A DNA stretch of 64,000 bases from Acidobacteriota bacterium (GTDB lineage Bacteria; Acidobacteriota; UBA4820; DSQY01): the NCBI GenBank assembly GCA_021813555.1, contig JAKAKG010000132.1:13-64012 (forward strand), written 5' to 3'. The translations under genes and the position numbers were made by a program. The notes under the pieces are model-generated. The model saw nothing but the letters and a program-made list of their open reading frames with translations. It was not told the origin of the DNA and did not search any database. Shown in pieces: positions 11,687 through 20,714 of the stretch (position 1 is its first letter; every line of letters starts with the position of its first letter).

Positions 11687-13726
11687 ATGGGTCTCCTTCG
11701 AGCGATAGCCGCGCTGGCGTTCACGGTTCTTTTCCCTTGGGCCCTGCTGGCCGAGCGCCCCAACCTCGTGCTCATCAGCCTGGACACGTTCAGGGCGGAC
11801 CGATTGGCGCCGTGGGGCGGTCCTCCGGATTTGGCCTCCAACCTGAACGGGCTCGCCGCCAAGGGGACCGCCTTTACGGACTGCTTCGCCCCCGCCCCCG
11901 AAACTCTCCCCTCCCATGCCACCATGCTCACCGGCGCCGAACCCCCCGTCACAAGCCTGCGGACCAACGGCCTGGGCCGTCTGGACCCCCAGGTGCGCAC
12001 CCTCGCCGAGGCTCTTGCGGCCAGGGGATATACCACGGCCGCGGTGATTTCGAGCGCCGTCCTGGCCTCGCGGTACGGCCTCGGCCGGGGCTTCGGTACC
12101 TATGACGACGCCCTGGGCCTGGCCGGTTCGCGGCCTGCGGGAGATGTGACGGATCGCGCCGTGGCCCTCCTCAAGGTCCCGCGCCAGGGGCCGATCTTTC
12201 TTTGGGCCCACTACTTTGATGCCCACTTCCCATACCGCGCCCCCGAGGCCTTTCTCAAGCGGGCCAAGGGCACAGCCTACGACGCCGCCTGCGCATACGT
12301 GGATTCGGAGGTAGGGCGCCTGCTGAAGGCCCTTCCGCCCAACACCTTGGTGGCGGTGGTCTCGGACCACGGCGAGGCGCTGGGCGACCACGGCGAGCCC
12401 ACCCACGGCGTGTTCCTCTTCCAGCCCACGGTGCAGGTGGTCTGCCTTCTCTACGGACCGGGGATCCTTCAGGGCAAGACGGTCACGGCGCCCTGCTCCC
12501 TCGCGGACATCGCGCGCACCTTCGGAACAGCCGCAGGTGTCCCCGCGGAGTCCTTGGACACCCGGGGGGAGGACCTGGCCGCACTATCCCGGGACGCTTC
12601 GCCCGCGGGGCGGTCGTTCCCCCTGGAAGCATGGCTTCCCTTCGCCCAGTTCCGGTGGCGCCCGCTTGTGGGCGTCACGGACGGGAAGTTCAAGTGGGTC
12701 CGCGGCCAAGCGGACCACCTGTACGACCTGTCCTCCGACCCTGGCGAAACGCGCGACCTGGCCGGCGCCCCTCCCGCAGGAGCCATGGCGCTGAAGGCCA
12801 AGTTACCGGGCCTGCCCGCAGAACCACCGGCGGGAAGCCAAGTGGACTCCTCCCTGCGCGGACTGGGATACGCGCCCGTGCCGGGGGGACATCTGGACTT
12901 GGCCCGGCTCCCGGACCCCTACGGCCGGATCAAGGTCCTCCAGGACATGGACCAGGCCAGGCTGGAGCGCGCGACCGGGCAGGTGGAGAAGGCTCTGCAG
13001 CGCCTGAAGGCCGCCACGGACCAGGACCCGGGCGATCCCACGGCCTGGTTCGAGTACGGCGAGACCCTGCGGCAGGCGGGCCGCGCCGAGGCCGCCTTGA
13101 AGGCCCTCGATCGCGCCGTCGCGGCGGCCCCCGAGATGGCCGAGGCGTGGACATCCAGGGGCCATGCCCTCGTGACCCTGGAGAAGCCCGGCGAGGCGGC
13201 CACGTGCTACGAGAGAGCCCTGAACCTCCAGCCCGACTACACGGGCGCCTTGAACCCGCTGGCCGCGTACTACCTGGACCAGAACCAGCCCGACAGAGCC
13301 GTGCCCCTCCTGGATCGGGCCGTGAACACGGGCATCGCGGACAGCAACACCTACCTCCTGCGAGGCCGGGTGCGTCTGGTTCAGAGCCGGCCCGCGGATG
13401 CGGCCATGGATTTCGAGGCGGCTCTCCGTTTGAGCCCCCGTCCCGACCAGACCCTGAAGGCAGAGGCCGACGTTTACATGGTCAGAAAGCGCTACGAGGA
13501 GGGCCTCCGGCTCTACAACGAGGGCGTGCGCCTCTACCCCGCCTACGCCCCCAACTACCTCACGCTGGGGAGCTACTACCTCCAGGCGGAACAGCCTGAG
13601 CGCGCCTATCCTTTGTTCAAGCAGGCCCTGGCCTGCGACCTGGATCCCAAGACCCGCGCCCACGTGGAGGACATCGTCAAGGACCTGGAGGGGGTCATGT
13701 CCGGGGGCGACGGTCCCCGGCCCTGA
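11687..13726 (+). CDS. Sulfatase (alkaline-phosphatase superfamily) fused to C-terminal TPR repeats
   Basis: ORF 11024..13726. Real start ATG 11687 has a GGAGG RBS. The earlier part is antisense to the binding-protein gene. N-terminal LVLISLDTFRADRL sulfatase motif. C-terminal about 300 aa of TPR. Confidence 0.75.
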   Translation: MGLLRAIAALAFTVLFPWALLAERPNLVLISLDTFRADRLAPWGGPPDLASNLNGLAAKGTAFTDCFAPAPETLPSHATMLTGAEPPVTSLRTNGLGRLDPQVRTLAEALAARGYTTAAVISSAVLASRYGLGRGFGTYDDALGLAGSRPAGDVTDRAVALLKVPRQGPIFLWAHYFDAHFPYRAPEAFLKRAKGTAYDAACAYVDSEVGRLLKALPPNTLVAVVSDHGEALGDHGEPTHGVFLFQPTVQVVCLLYGPGILQGKTVTAPCSLADIARTFGTAAGVPAESLDTRGEDLAALSRDASPAGRSFPLEAWLPFAQFRWRPLVGVTDGKFKWVRGQADHLYDLSSDPGETRDLAGAPPAGAMALKAKLPGLPAEPPAGSQVDSSLRGLGYAPVPGGHLDLARLPDPYGRIKVLQDMDQARLERATGQVEKALQRLKAATDQDPGDPTAWFEYGETLRQAGRAEAALKALDRAVAAAPEMAEAWTSRGHALVTLEKPGEAATCYERALNLQPDYTGALNPLAAYYLDQNQPDRAVPLLDRAVNTGIADSNTYLLRGRVRLVQSRPADAAMDFEAALRLSPRPDQTLKAEADVYMVRKRYEEGLRLYNEGVRLYPAYAPNYLTLGSYYLQAEQPERAYPLFKQALACDLDPKTRAHVEDIVKDLEGVMSGGDGPRP

Positions 13727-13741
13727 CCAGCCCGAGGGAGA

Positions 13742-14182
13742 TCAGGAACCTCTGAGGGCCGCCAGAAAAGCGTCGGGGTCCGCGGGGCTGACGAGGAGGA
13801 CGTAATTCTTTCGGGTGGGGATGTAGACGGCCTTGGACTTGTCCGTCAGGAAGAGAAGGGCCTTATCGCCATTCTTCAGCCTGAACCATCCGGACTGGTA
13901 GCCCGGCACGCCGATGCCGTTGGTTTTCAATGAGGGCCGAAATTCGGGCGCCGCTTCCAGGTCCACCCGGCGGGCGCCTTCCACGGCCAGCTCCGACACG
14001 GGTACGGTGCGGCCGTAAAACCCGCCCCGGATCACCAGGGAGCCCGCCGTCAGGTCGAAGCGCGTGTGGCGGGCGGCATAGAGCGACCATCCCAGCAAGG
14101 CCAGGGTCCCCACCAGGAGGATGCCCGCGAAACCCGTGACCCCCCAAAGCCACCCCAGCGAAGTACCGGAAACTTGAGCCAT
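13742..14182 (-). CDS. Membrane protein with bacterial PH (bPH_2-like) domain
   Basis: ATG at 14180-14182 with an AAGGTG RBS. One TM helix followed by an YdbS/YdbT-like PH domain. The track ORF starts earlier at a TTG overlapping the upstream stop. Confidence 0.5.
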   Translation of the reverse strand: MAQVSGTSLGWLWGVTGFAGILLVGTLALLGWSLYAARHTRFDLTAGSLVIRGGFYGRTVPVSELAVEGARRVDLEAAPEFRPSLKTNGIGVPGYQSGWFRLKNGDKALLFLTDKSKAVYIPTRKNYVLLVSPADPDAFLAALRGS

Positions 14183-14217
14183 GGTGAACACCTTAGGTTC
14201 CACGGACGATTCTCCTC

Positions 14218-14715
14218 TCAATCGCCGAACCCGATCTTGCGCGTTGTTTCGTGGTCCAGAAACTGCTGGAGCCCCTCTTCGTAAGAGTCCTTCACGGCCG
14301 TGAAGACGTGCTCCAGGAACTCCGTCATGTCCTGGGGAAAATCGGGACGGATGAGGATGTCCTCCTCGTCCTGGCCTAACCGGACGCCGAAAGCACCCTC
14401 CCGGTGCTTCACGAGAAGCTTCAGGAGGACCGCCTGGGGCGGGCAGGCGCCGGACGGGTCGCCCAGATTGAGCACAACCCCGAGGTGCCAGTATGCGTCA
14501 TCCTCCAGGTGCATGGCCCCGGCCAGAGGATAGATAGCTTCGGGGTCCGGCTCCTTGTTCACGGGAACGAAGGCCACTTGCCCTTCGGGGATTTCCAGAT
14601 AGCGCATCAATGCCTGAATGAGACTCTGCGTGAACATGAGGCTGGCCTCCCGGTAATCCATGTACGCCTTGCGCGATACCGCATAGGCCTGACAGAGCTC
14701 CTGATACTTGGACAT
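14218..14715 (-). CDS. Hypothetical protein (165 aa), no recognisable domain
   Basis: GGAGG RBS. Coding-like codon usage. Co-directional with the DUF4404 gene. Confidence 0.45.
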   Translation of the reverse strand: MSKYQELCQAYAVSRKAYMDYREASLMFTQSLIQALMRYLEIPEGQVAFVPVNKEPDPEAIYPLAGAMHLEDDAYWHLGVVLNLGDPSGACPPQAVLLKLLVKHREGAFGVRLGQDEEDILIRPDFPQDMTEFLEHVFTAVKDSYEEGLQQFLDHETTRKIGFGD

Positions 14716-14758
14716 GCTGAAGCCTCCTGGTTGGAACGCGGTTAGGGACGCCTGGCGT

Positions 14759-15055
14759 TCAGATTCCCAGACCGCTGAGCGCGTCGATGACCCGGGCGAT
14801 CACGTAGGCCAGGTCCGGGTGGCTCCCTTCAAAATGGGCGACCTCCTCCGAAAGGCGATTGCCGAAGGACCTGTGGGCTTGGGCCCACCCCTCATCCTCG
14901 CCCTCCAGGAGGGAGCTCGTCTCCCGCGCCAGCGCCTCCAGCCGCTGCTTCGTATCGTCGTCCTCGGCGGGGGCCCGTTCCAGCGCCTCCCGGAGCTGCT
15001 CCAGGATGGCCCGCAAGCGCTCGCGCTCCTCCGATGGATTCAACCCGCTCGTCAT
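14759..15055 (-). CDS. DUF4404 family protein
   Basis: 98 aa. The C-terminal HFEGSHPDLAYVIARVIDALSGLGI matches the DUF4404 signature (..FEAGHP.LA.....LVDALAKAGI). Confidence 0.6.
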   Translation of the reverse strand: MTSGLNPSEERERLRAILEQLREALERAPAEDDDTKQRLEALARETSSLLEGEDEGWAQAHRSFGNRLSEEVAHFEGSHPDLAYVIARVIDALSGLGI

Positions 15056-15275
15056 GGCGTTTTCTCCTCCCGAACCGTGTAGCGTCGTTCAGCCCCTTCG
15101 CGGCGGGCAGGCCGCAGGGGGGCGCTCGGCCAGGGCGCACGTTCGCGCCTCGCGGCGCGGGTCCCCGAGGGATGATGGTACCACGCGCCGGGCGGGCAGA
15201 CGCCCTTGCGGGCTGCCAAGCGCGGGCGCCGGAGGCGAAACCGCTCAGAGAAGAAGAGCCGGCCCGGGGAGTCCC

Positions 15276-15452
15276 TCAGGCCATCGGAGGACCTCCGCCG
15301 GTCCGCTCCCCGCGGGGGCGGTCGCGATTATCCTGAACCGTGCCCTGCTCCTCTTCGGGGAGGGTGAGAGGAACGCGTTCGTCGCGGCCGTGCTTCTGGC
15401 GATGCCCGTGGCGGTGCTCGAACTTGTGTCCGTGTTTGTGGGAGCCGTTCAT
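15276..15452 (-). CDS. Small His-rich protein (58 aa) MNGSHKHGHKFEHRHGHRQKHGRDE..., putative metal-binding peptide
   Basis: Not a separate entry in the ORF track; it is the tail of a longer spurious ORF. GGAGG lies 6 nt upstream of the ATG. There are 7 His in the first 21 residues. Confidence 0.35.
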   Translation of the reverse strand: MNGSHKHGHKFEHRHGHRQKHGRDERVPLTLPEEEQGTVQDNRDRPRGERTGGGPPMA

Positions 15453-15557
15453 GCGGGGCCTCCTCTCACAGGTATGCTTCGCAACCGTGCCCGTCGGGGG
15501 TCTATTCCTGGCCCGCGGTGCCGCCGTGTGGGCTACAATGAGCAGGATGAGGTGAAG

Positions 15558-16715
15558 ATGGGCCGGCCTTACCACCTGGCCATCGTGGCGGGAGAGCATT
15601 CGGGAGACACCCACGGAGGCAATCTGGTGAAGGCCTTCGCGGGCCTTGCACCGGGGGCGCGCTGGTTCGGCGCCGGAGGGCCCGTCCTTGCCTCCGCGGG
15701 CGCGGAGCTCATCGTGCCCATGGAAGAGCTGGCCGTGGTGGGCATCGCCGAGGTCCTCACCCATCTCCCCCATTTGTGGCGCGAGATGGGACGGCTCAAG
15801 GCCGCCCTTCGGGAGCGCCGGCCCCAGGCCCTGGTCCTCGTGGACTTTCCCGACTTCAACTTCCGCTTGGCCCGCTACGCCAAGGGCTTGGGGATCCCCG
15901 TCGTTTATTACATCACGCCCCAAGTGTGGGCCTGGAGGCAGCGCCGCACGCGCTTTCTCAGAGCGAACGTTGACCGGGCCCTGGTCATTTTTCCCTTCGA
16001 GGAGACGTTCCTGCGCGGCCACGGGGTGGAGGCCACGTTCGTGGGCCATCCCCTGGTGGATACGGCGCACCCCGGCTCCTCCCTCGAGCAGTTTCTCTCG
16101 CGACAGGCCCTGGACCCCCGAGCCCTCCGCGTCGCCCTCCTTCCGGGCAGCCGCTCCTCCGAGGTGAGGCGAAATTTGCCGCCCCTGCTGGAGGCCGCCG
16201 GCCTCATCGTCCGGAGCCATCCCGGTGCCGTCGTGATGGTTCCCTGGGCCTCAGGCCTGCCCGAGCATCTCAAAGGCCTCGGCGCGAGCTCGCCCGTGCG
16301 GTGGGTGTCGGGAGAATACGCCGACGTCCTGGGCCACGCCCACGCCGCCGCCGTGGCCTCGGGAACAGCCACCCTGGAGGCGGCCCTCATGGGCGTGCCC
16401 CAGGTCATCGTCTACCGTCTCAAGCCGCTCACGTACGCCATCGGCCGGCGGCTGGTGACGCTGAACCAGGTGGGCCTGCCGAACGTCGTGCTGGGGGAGG
16501 CGGCCATCCCCGAGCTCATTCAGGCCGACTTCACGGGGGAAGGCGTGGCAGCGGCGGTGAACCGCCTCCTCGACGACACGGGTGCCGCCAAGGCCAGGGC
16601 GGAGGCACTCTCCGCGCGCGTGAAATCGGCCCTGGGACAAGGCAACGCCTCATCCCGGGCCGCATCCGAGCTGCTCAAGTTTTTGGAGGGGATACCACCT
16701 GCTCAGGCGGGGTGA
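15558..16715 (+). CDS. lpxB: Lipid-A-disaccharide synthase
   Basis: ORF 14859..16715. Homology starts at ATG 15558 (MGRPYHLAIVAGEHSGD...). Glycosyltransferase family 19 motifs. Confidence 0.9.
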   Translation: MGRPYHLAIVAGEHSGDTHGGNLVKAFAGLAPGARWFGAGGPVLASAGAELIVPMEELAVVGIAEVLTHLPHLWREMGRLKAALRERRPQALVLVDFPDFNFRLARYAKGLGIPVVYYITPQVWAWRQRRTRFLRANVDRALVIFPFEETFLRGHGVEATFVGHPLVDTAHPGSSLEQFLSRQALDPRALRVALLPGSRSSEVRRNLPPLLEAAGLIVRSHPGAVVMVPWASGLPEHLKGLGASSPVRWVSGEYADVLGHAHAAAVASGTATLEAALMGVPQVIVYRLKPLTYAIGRRLVTLNQVGLPNVVLGEAAIPELIQADFTGEGVAAAVNRLLDDTGAAKARAEALSARVKSALGQGNASSRAASELLKFLEGIPPAQAG

Positions 16716-16771
16716 AAGGGGCTGCGGGGCGCATGCCCGCTCTCCCTCCGCCCCACCCTGTCCGATCCGTG

Positions 16772-16963
16772 TCAGCCCGCCTTGACGACCTTGCCGGCCT
16801 TGATGCACTTGGTGCAGACGCGCATGGTCTTGGTCTGGCCGTTCACGTTGGCGCGGACGGATTGAAGGTTGGGAAGCCATCGCCGTTTGGTCAGGTTGTG
16901 AGCGTGGCTCACGTTATTTCCGGTGCTGGGCTTCTTCCCGCAGATTTCGCACATTCTGGCCAT
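16772..16963 (-). CDS. rpmB: 50S ribosomal protein L28
   Basis: [34 protein letters not shown]... GGAAGGAG RBS. Start ATG 16961-16963. Confidence 0.9.
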   Translation of the reverse strand: MARMCEICGKKPSTGNNVSHAHNLTKRRWLPNLQSVRANVNGQTKTMRVCTKCIKAGKVVKAG

Positions 16964-17115
16964 GGTGAAGCTCCTTCCACGAACGGGTAATATACCAGAA
17001 GGCACGCCTGTTTGCAATGGCAGGGGTCCGGGGCCGCCGGAGGACCCGGCCCCGCGTCTACCCAGGACCCGCCATTGGGGCTAGACTTACAAGGTTTGGG
17101 CAAGGAGCCGAGGGT

Positions 17116-20100
17116 ATGAACAACCGGGCCGAACAGCTCGTGGATCTCCTTCAGGAGCGCATCCTGGTCATGGACGGCGCCACGGGGACGGCCCTGCAGG
17201 GACGGGACCTCACGGCGGCGGACTTCGGCGGTCCTCGCCTCGAGGGCTGCAATGAGGCCCTGGTCCTGCACCGCCCCGACGTGGTCCGCTCCGTTCACGA
17301 CGCCTATCTCGAAGCCGGAGCTCACCTGATCGAAACCGACACCTTCGGAGGAACGCCGCTGGTCCTCGCCGAATACGGGCTGGCCCAGGAGGCCTTTGAG
17401 GTCAACCGGCAGGCGGCGCGCATCGCCCGCGAGGCCTGCGCGGCGTGGTCGACCCCGGCCCGGCCCCGGTTCGCCGCCGGGTCCATGGGACCCACCACCA
17501 AGGCCATTTCGGTCACGGGCGGGGCCACCTTCACAGAGATGGTGGAGCACTATCGCGTGCAGGCCCTGGGATTGCTCGAAGGCGGCGCCGACGTGCTCCT
17601 GCTGGAGACCGTACAGGACACGCGCAACCTTAAGGCCGGCCTCCTGGCCGCCCGCCGCGCCATGGACGAGACGGGCGTGGACGTCCCCCTCATGGTTTCG
17701 GCCACCATCGAGATGTCGGGCACCATGCTCGCCGGACAGACCATCGAGGCCCTCTACGCCTCAGTCATGCACGTGCCCCTGCTCTGTGTGGGGCTGAACT
17801 GCGCCACGGGGCCCCAGTTTATGGCAAGCCACCTCCGCGCCCTTTCGGCCATGGCCAAAACCCGTGTCTCCTGCTACCCGAACGCGGGACTGCCTGATGA
17901 GGAGGGCGCCTATCCGGAGACCCCGGAGTCCCTTGCCGGCCAGCTCGCCCGATTCGCGGAGCTGGGCTGGCTCAACGTGGCGGGCGGATGCTGCGGTACG
18001 ACGCCGGCCCACATCCGGGCTCTCGCGCAGGCCCTGGAGCACATGAAGCCCCGCCGGGTGCCCGATCACCACCGCACCTTCCTCTCGGGCATCGACTTCC
18101 TGGAGGTGGAGCAGGAGAATCGCCCCATCCTCGTGGGGGAGCGCACCAACGTCCTGGGCAGCCGGGGCTTCAAGGCCCGCATCGCCGCGGGCGATTTCGA
18201 GGGGGCCGCCGAGGTGGGCCGGTCCCAGATCAGGGCGGGCGCCCACGTGATGGACGTGTGCCTCCAGGATCCGGACCGGGAGGAGGCGGGGGACATGGCC
18301 GCCTTCCTCGACCGGGCCTCCAGAATGATCCGCGCGCCCCTCATGATCGACTCCACGAACCCCGCGGTCGTCGAGCTGGCCCTCACCTACTGCCAGGGCA
18401 AGGCCATCATCAATTCGGTGAACCTTGAGGACGGCGAAGGGCGGCTCCAGCGCGTGGTGCCCCTGGCCAGAACTTACGGGGCCGCGCTGGTGGTGGGCAC
18501 CATCGACGAGGACCCGGTGCAGGGCATGGCCCTCACCCGGGAGCGCAAGCTCGCCATCGCCCGGCGGTCCTTCGATCTCCTCACGGACAAGTACGGCATG
18601 CCCCCCGAGGACCTCATCTTTGATCCCCTCGTGTTCCCCTGCGGCACGGGGGACGGGTCGTACCGGGGCAGCGCCGTGGAGACGCTGGAGGGCCTGAGCC
18701 TCATCAAAGGGGCCTTCCCCGACTCCAAGACCCTCCTGGGCGTCTCCAACGTGAGCTTCGGCCTGCCCGAGGCGGGCCGCCAAGTCTTGAACAGCGTCTT
18801 CCTCTACTATGCCACGCGGGCCGGCCTTGATTTCGCCATCGTCAACACGGAAAGGATTCAGCGCTATCCCTCGATTCCTGAGGAGGAGCGCCGCCTGGCG
18901 GAACATCTCCTCTTCGACCGCGGCCCCGACCCGCTGGGTGCCTTCAGCGCCCATTTCAAAAGCAAGAAGGGCCTCGCCAAGGCCCCAAGGCCCCCGGGAA
19001 CGGCCCTCGACCGTCTTCCCGGCTACATCGTGGAAGGCACCAAGGAGGGGCTCGCCGAAGATCTGGATGAGGTGCTCAAGGACGGCGCGGCCCCCCTGGA
19101 CGTCATCAACGGCCCGCTCATGAAGGGCATGGCCGAGGTGGGGCGCCTCTTCAACGCCAACGAGCTCATCGTGGCCGAGGTCCTCCAGTCGGCCGAGGCC
19201 ATGAAGGCCGCCGTGTCCCACCTGGAGAAGCACATGGACCGCGTCTCCGACGCGGGCAAGGGCAAGGTGCTCCTGGCCACCGTCAAGGGCGATGTGCACG
19301 ACATCGGCAAGAATCTCGTGGACATCATCTTCTCCAACAACGGCTACCGGGTCGTCAACCTGGGCATCAAGGTGCCCCCCGAGCGGCTCGCGGCTGCCTT
19401 CGCCGAGCACCGGCCCGACGTCATCGGCCTCAGCGGCCTCCTGGTCAAAAGCGCCCAACAGATGGTCACCACGGCCCAGGACCTCACGGCGGCGGGCATC
19501 CATTGCCCCATGCTCGTGGGGGGCGCGGCCCTCACGCAGAAGTTCACGGATCTGAAGATCGCACCCGCGTACGGCGGGTTCGTCGACTACGCCAAGGACG
19601 CCATGGCCGGCCTGAGCCTCCTGCTCCGCGTCACGGACCCGGAGGACTTCCCCACCTTGCAGGAGGAAGCCGCCGCCCGGCGAGCCGCCCTCGCACCGGC
19701 GCCTTCGGACCCCTCGGCCGAACTGCTGGAACCGCCGCCCGTGAGGAGCCCGCGCATCGAGGTCGTGGCGGCCGTGCCTCCGCCGGACACGGCCGAGCAC
19801 CGCTTCGACCCGCTGGACCTGATTGACGTCTGGAGGTATGTCAACGACCAGATGCTCTACGGAAAGCACCTGGGGCTGCGCGGAAGCTTCCGCAAGCTGA
19901 GGGACGAGGGCGACCCCAAGGCGGCGGAGCTGGAGGCCCTTATCCGGGACATCCAGGGCCGAGGTTGGATCAAGGCGAAGGGCCTCTACCGCTTCTACGA
20001 GGCCGCCTCCGAAGGGAACCAAATCCATCTGTTTGAGGAAGGTCGCCCCGCGGCCACGTTTACCTTTCCCCGGCAGCGAACGGGCGACCGTGAATGCCTC

Positions 20101-20544
20101 GCCGACCTGGTCCGTCCCCTCTCCCAGGGCGGCGGCGATTCGGTGGCCCTCTTCGTCACCACCGCGGGCGAGGGGGTTCGAGCGCGGGCCGAGGCCCTCA
20201 AAGCCCAGGGCCTATACCTCCTGTGCCACGCTCTCCAGGCCTTGGCCCTGGAGACGGCGGAAGCGGCGGCCGAGTGGCTCCACCGCAGGATCCGCGAGCA
20301 GTGGGGATTTCCCGACTCCGCCCTGATGTCCATGCTGGACCGGTTTCAGGCCAGGTACCGGGGCAAGCGGTACAGCTTCGGCTACCCCGCCTGCCCCGAT
20401 CTTTCCGCCCAGGGGCCCCTCTTCGCCCTCCTCAAGCCGGAGCGCCTGGGCGTCCGCCTCACGGAGGGATTCATGATGGACCCCGAAGCCTCCGTGTCGG
20501 CCATCGTCGTGCACCATCCCCAGGCACGCTACTTCGGCGCGTAA
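17116..20544 (+). CDS. metH: Cobalamin-dependent methionine synthase
   Basis: 1142 aa from ATG 17116 with an AAGGAG RBS. Homocysteine-binding, pterin-binding, B12-binding and AdoMet activation domains are all present. Confidence 0.95.
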   Translation: MNNRAEQLVDLLQERILVMDGATGTALQGRDLTAADFGGPRLEGCNEALVLHRPDVVRSVHDAYLEAGAHLIETDTFGGTPLVLAEYGLAQEAFEVNRQAARIAREACAAWSTPARPRFAAGSMGPTTKAISVTGGATFTEMVEHYRVQALGLLEGGADVLLLETVQDTRNLKAGLLAARRAMDETGVDVPLMVSATIEMSGTMLAGQTIEALYASVMHVPLLCVGLNCATGPQFMASHLRALSAMAKTRVSCYPNAGLPDEEGAYPETPESLAGQLARFAELGWLNVAGGCCGTTPAHIRALAQALEHMKPRRVPDHHRTFLSGIDFLEVEQENRPILVGERTNVLGSRGFKARIAAGDFEGAAEVGRSQIRAGAHVMDVCLQDPDREEAGDMAAFLDRASRMIRAPLMIDSTNPAVVELALTYCQGKAIINSVNLEDGEGRLQRVVPLARTYGAALVVGTIDEDPVQGMALTRERKLAIARRSFDLLTDKYGMPPEDLIFDPLVFPCGTGDGSYRGSAVETLEGLSLIKGAFPDSKTLLGVSNVSFGLPEAGRQVLNSVFLYYATRAGLDFAIVNTERIQRYPSIPEEERRLAEHLLFDRGPDPLGAFSAHFKSKKGLAKAPRPPGTALDRLPGYIVEGTKEGLAEDLDEVLKDGAAPLDVINGPLMKGMAEVGRLFNANELIVAEVLQSAEAMKAAVSHLEKHMDRVSDAGKGKVLLATVKGDVHDIGKNLVDIIFSNNGYRVVNLGIKVPPERLAAAFAEHRPDVIGLSGLLVKSAQQMVTTAQDLTAAGIHCPMLVGGAALTQKFTDLKIAPAYGGFVDYAKDAMAGLSLLLRVTDPEDFPTLQEEAAARRAALAPAPSDPSAELLEPPPVRSPRIEVVAAVPPPDTAEHRFDPLDLIDVWRYVNDQMLYGKHLGLRGSFRKLRDEGDPKAAELEALIRDIQGRGWIKAKGLYRFYEAASEGNQIHLFEEGRPAATFTFPRQRTGDRECLADLVRPLSQGGGDSVALFVTTAGEGVRARAEALKAQGLYLLCHALQALALETAEAAAEWLHRRIREQWGFPDSALMSMLDRFQARYRGKRYSFGYPACPDLSAQGPLFALLKPERLGVRLTEGFMMDPEASVSAIVVHHPQARYFGA

Positions 20545-20555
20545 CGCCGAAATAG

Positions 20556-20686
20556 CGTGAGTAGGTGAGCAGGTGAGTAGGTGAGTAGGAGAGTTGGCGA
20601 AGACAGCGGGCTTGAAGAGCTAGGAGCCGAGATAATGGTTGTTTCGCCTACCCGAATCACCTCATCCCCTACTCCCCTACTCACGA
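20556..20686. repeat. Inverted arrays of octamer repeats, (GTGAGTAG)x4 ... about 70-nt spacer ... (CCCTACTC)x2, in the metH-metF intergenic region; potential long hairpin
   Basis: Left arm GTGAGTAGGTGAGCAGGTGAGTAGGTGAGTAGGAGAG. Right arm CCTCATCCCCTACTCCCCTACTCAC. The arms are nearly reverse-complementary. Confidence 0.7.
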
Positions 20687-20714
20687 CCCGCGAAGGACGT
20701 CTTCGGAGAATTCC

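Noticed and set aside
15056-15557. Plus-strand ORFs 15034..15336 and 15340..15555 upstream of lpxB
   Set aside because: No RBS and low-complexity products. The region is better explained as a divergent promoter region plus the minus-strand His-rich small ORF.
16964-17115. Possible riboswitch or ncRNA in the rpmB-metH divergent spacer
   Set aside because: It contains only a GC-rich imperfect palindrome and two RBSs. No recognisable B12, SAM or ribosomal-protein-leader consensus was seen. This is left as an ordinary divergent promoter region.
17761-20028. 755-aa minus-strand ORF
   Set aside because: Antisense to metH, which has unambiguous homology on the plus strand.
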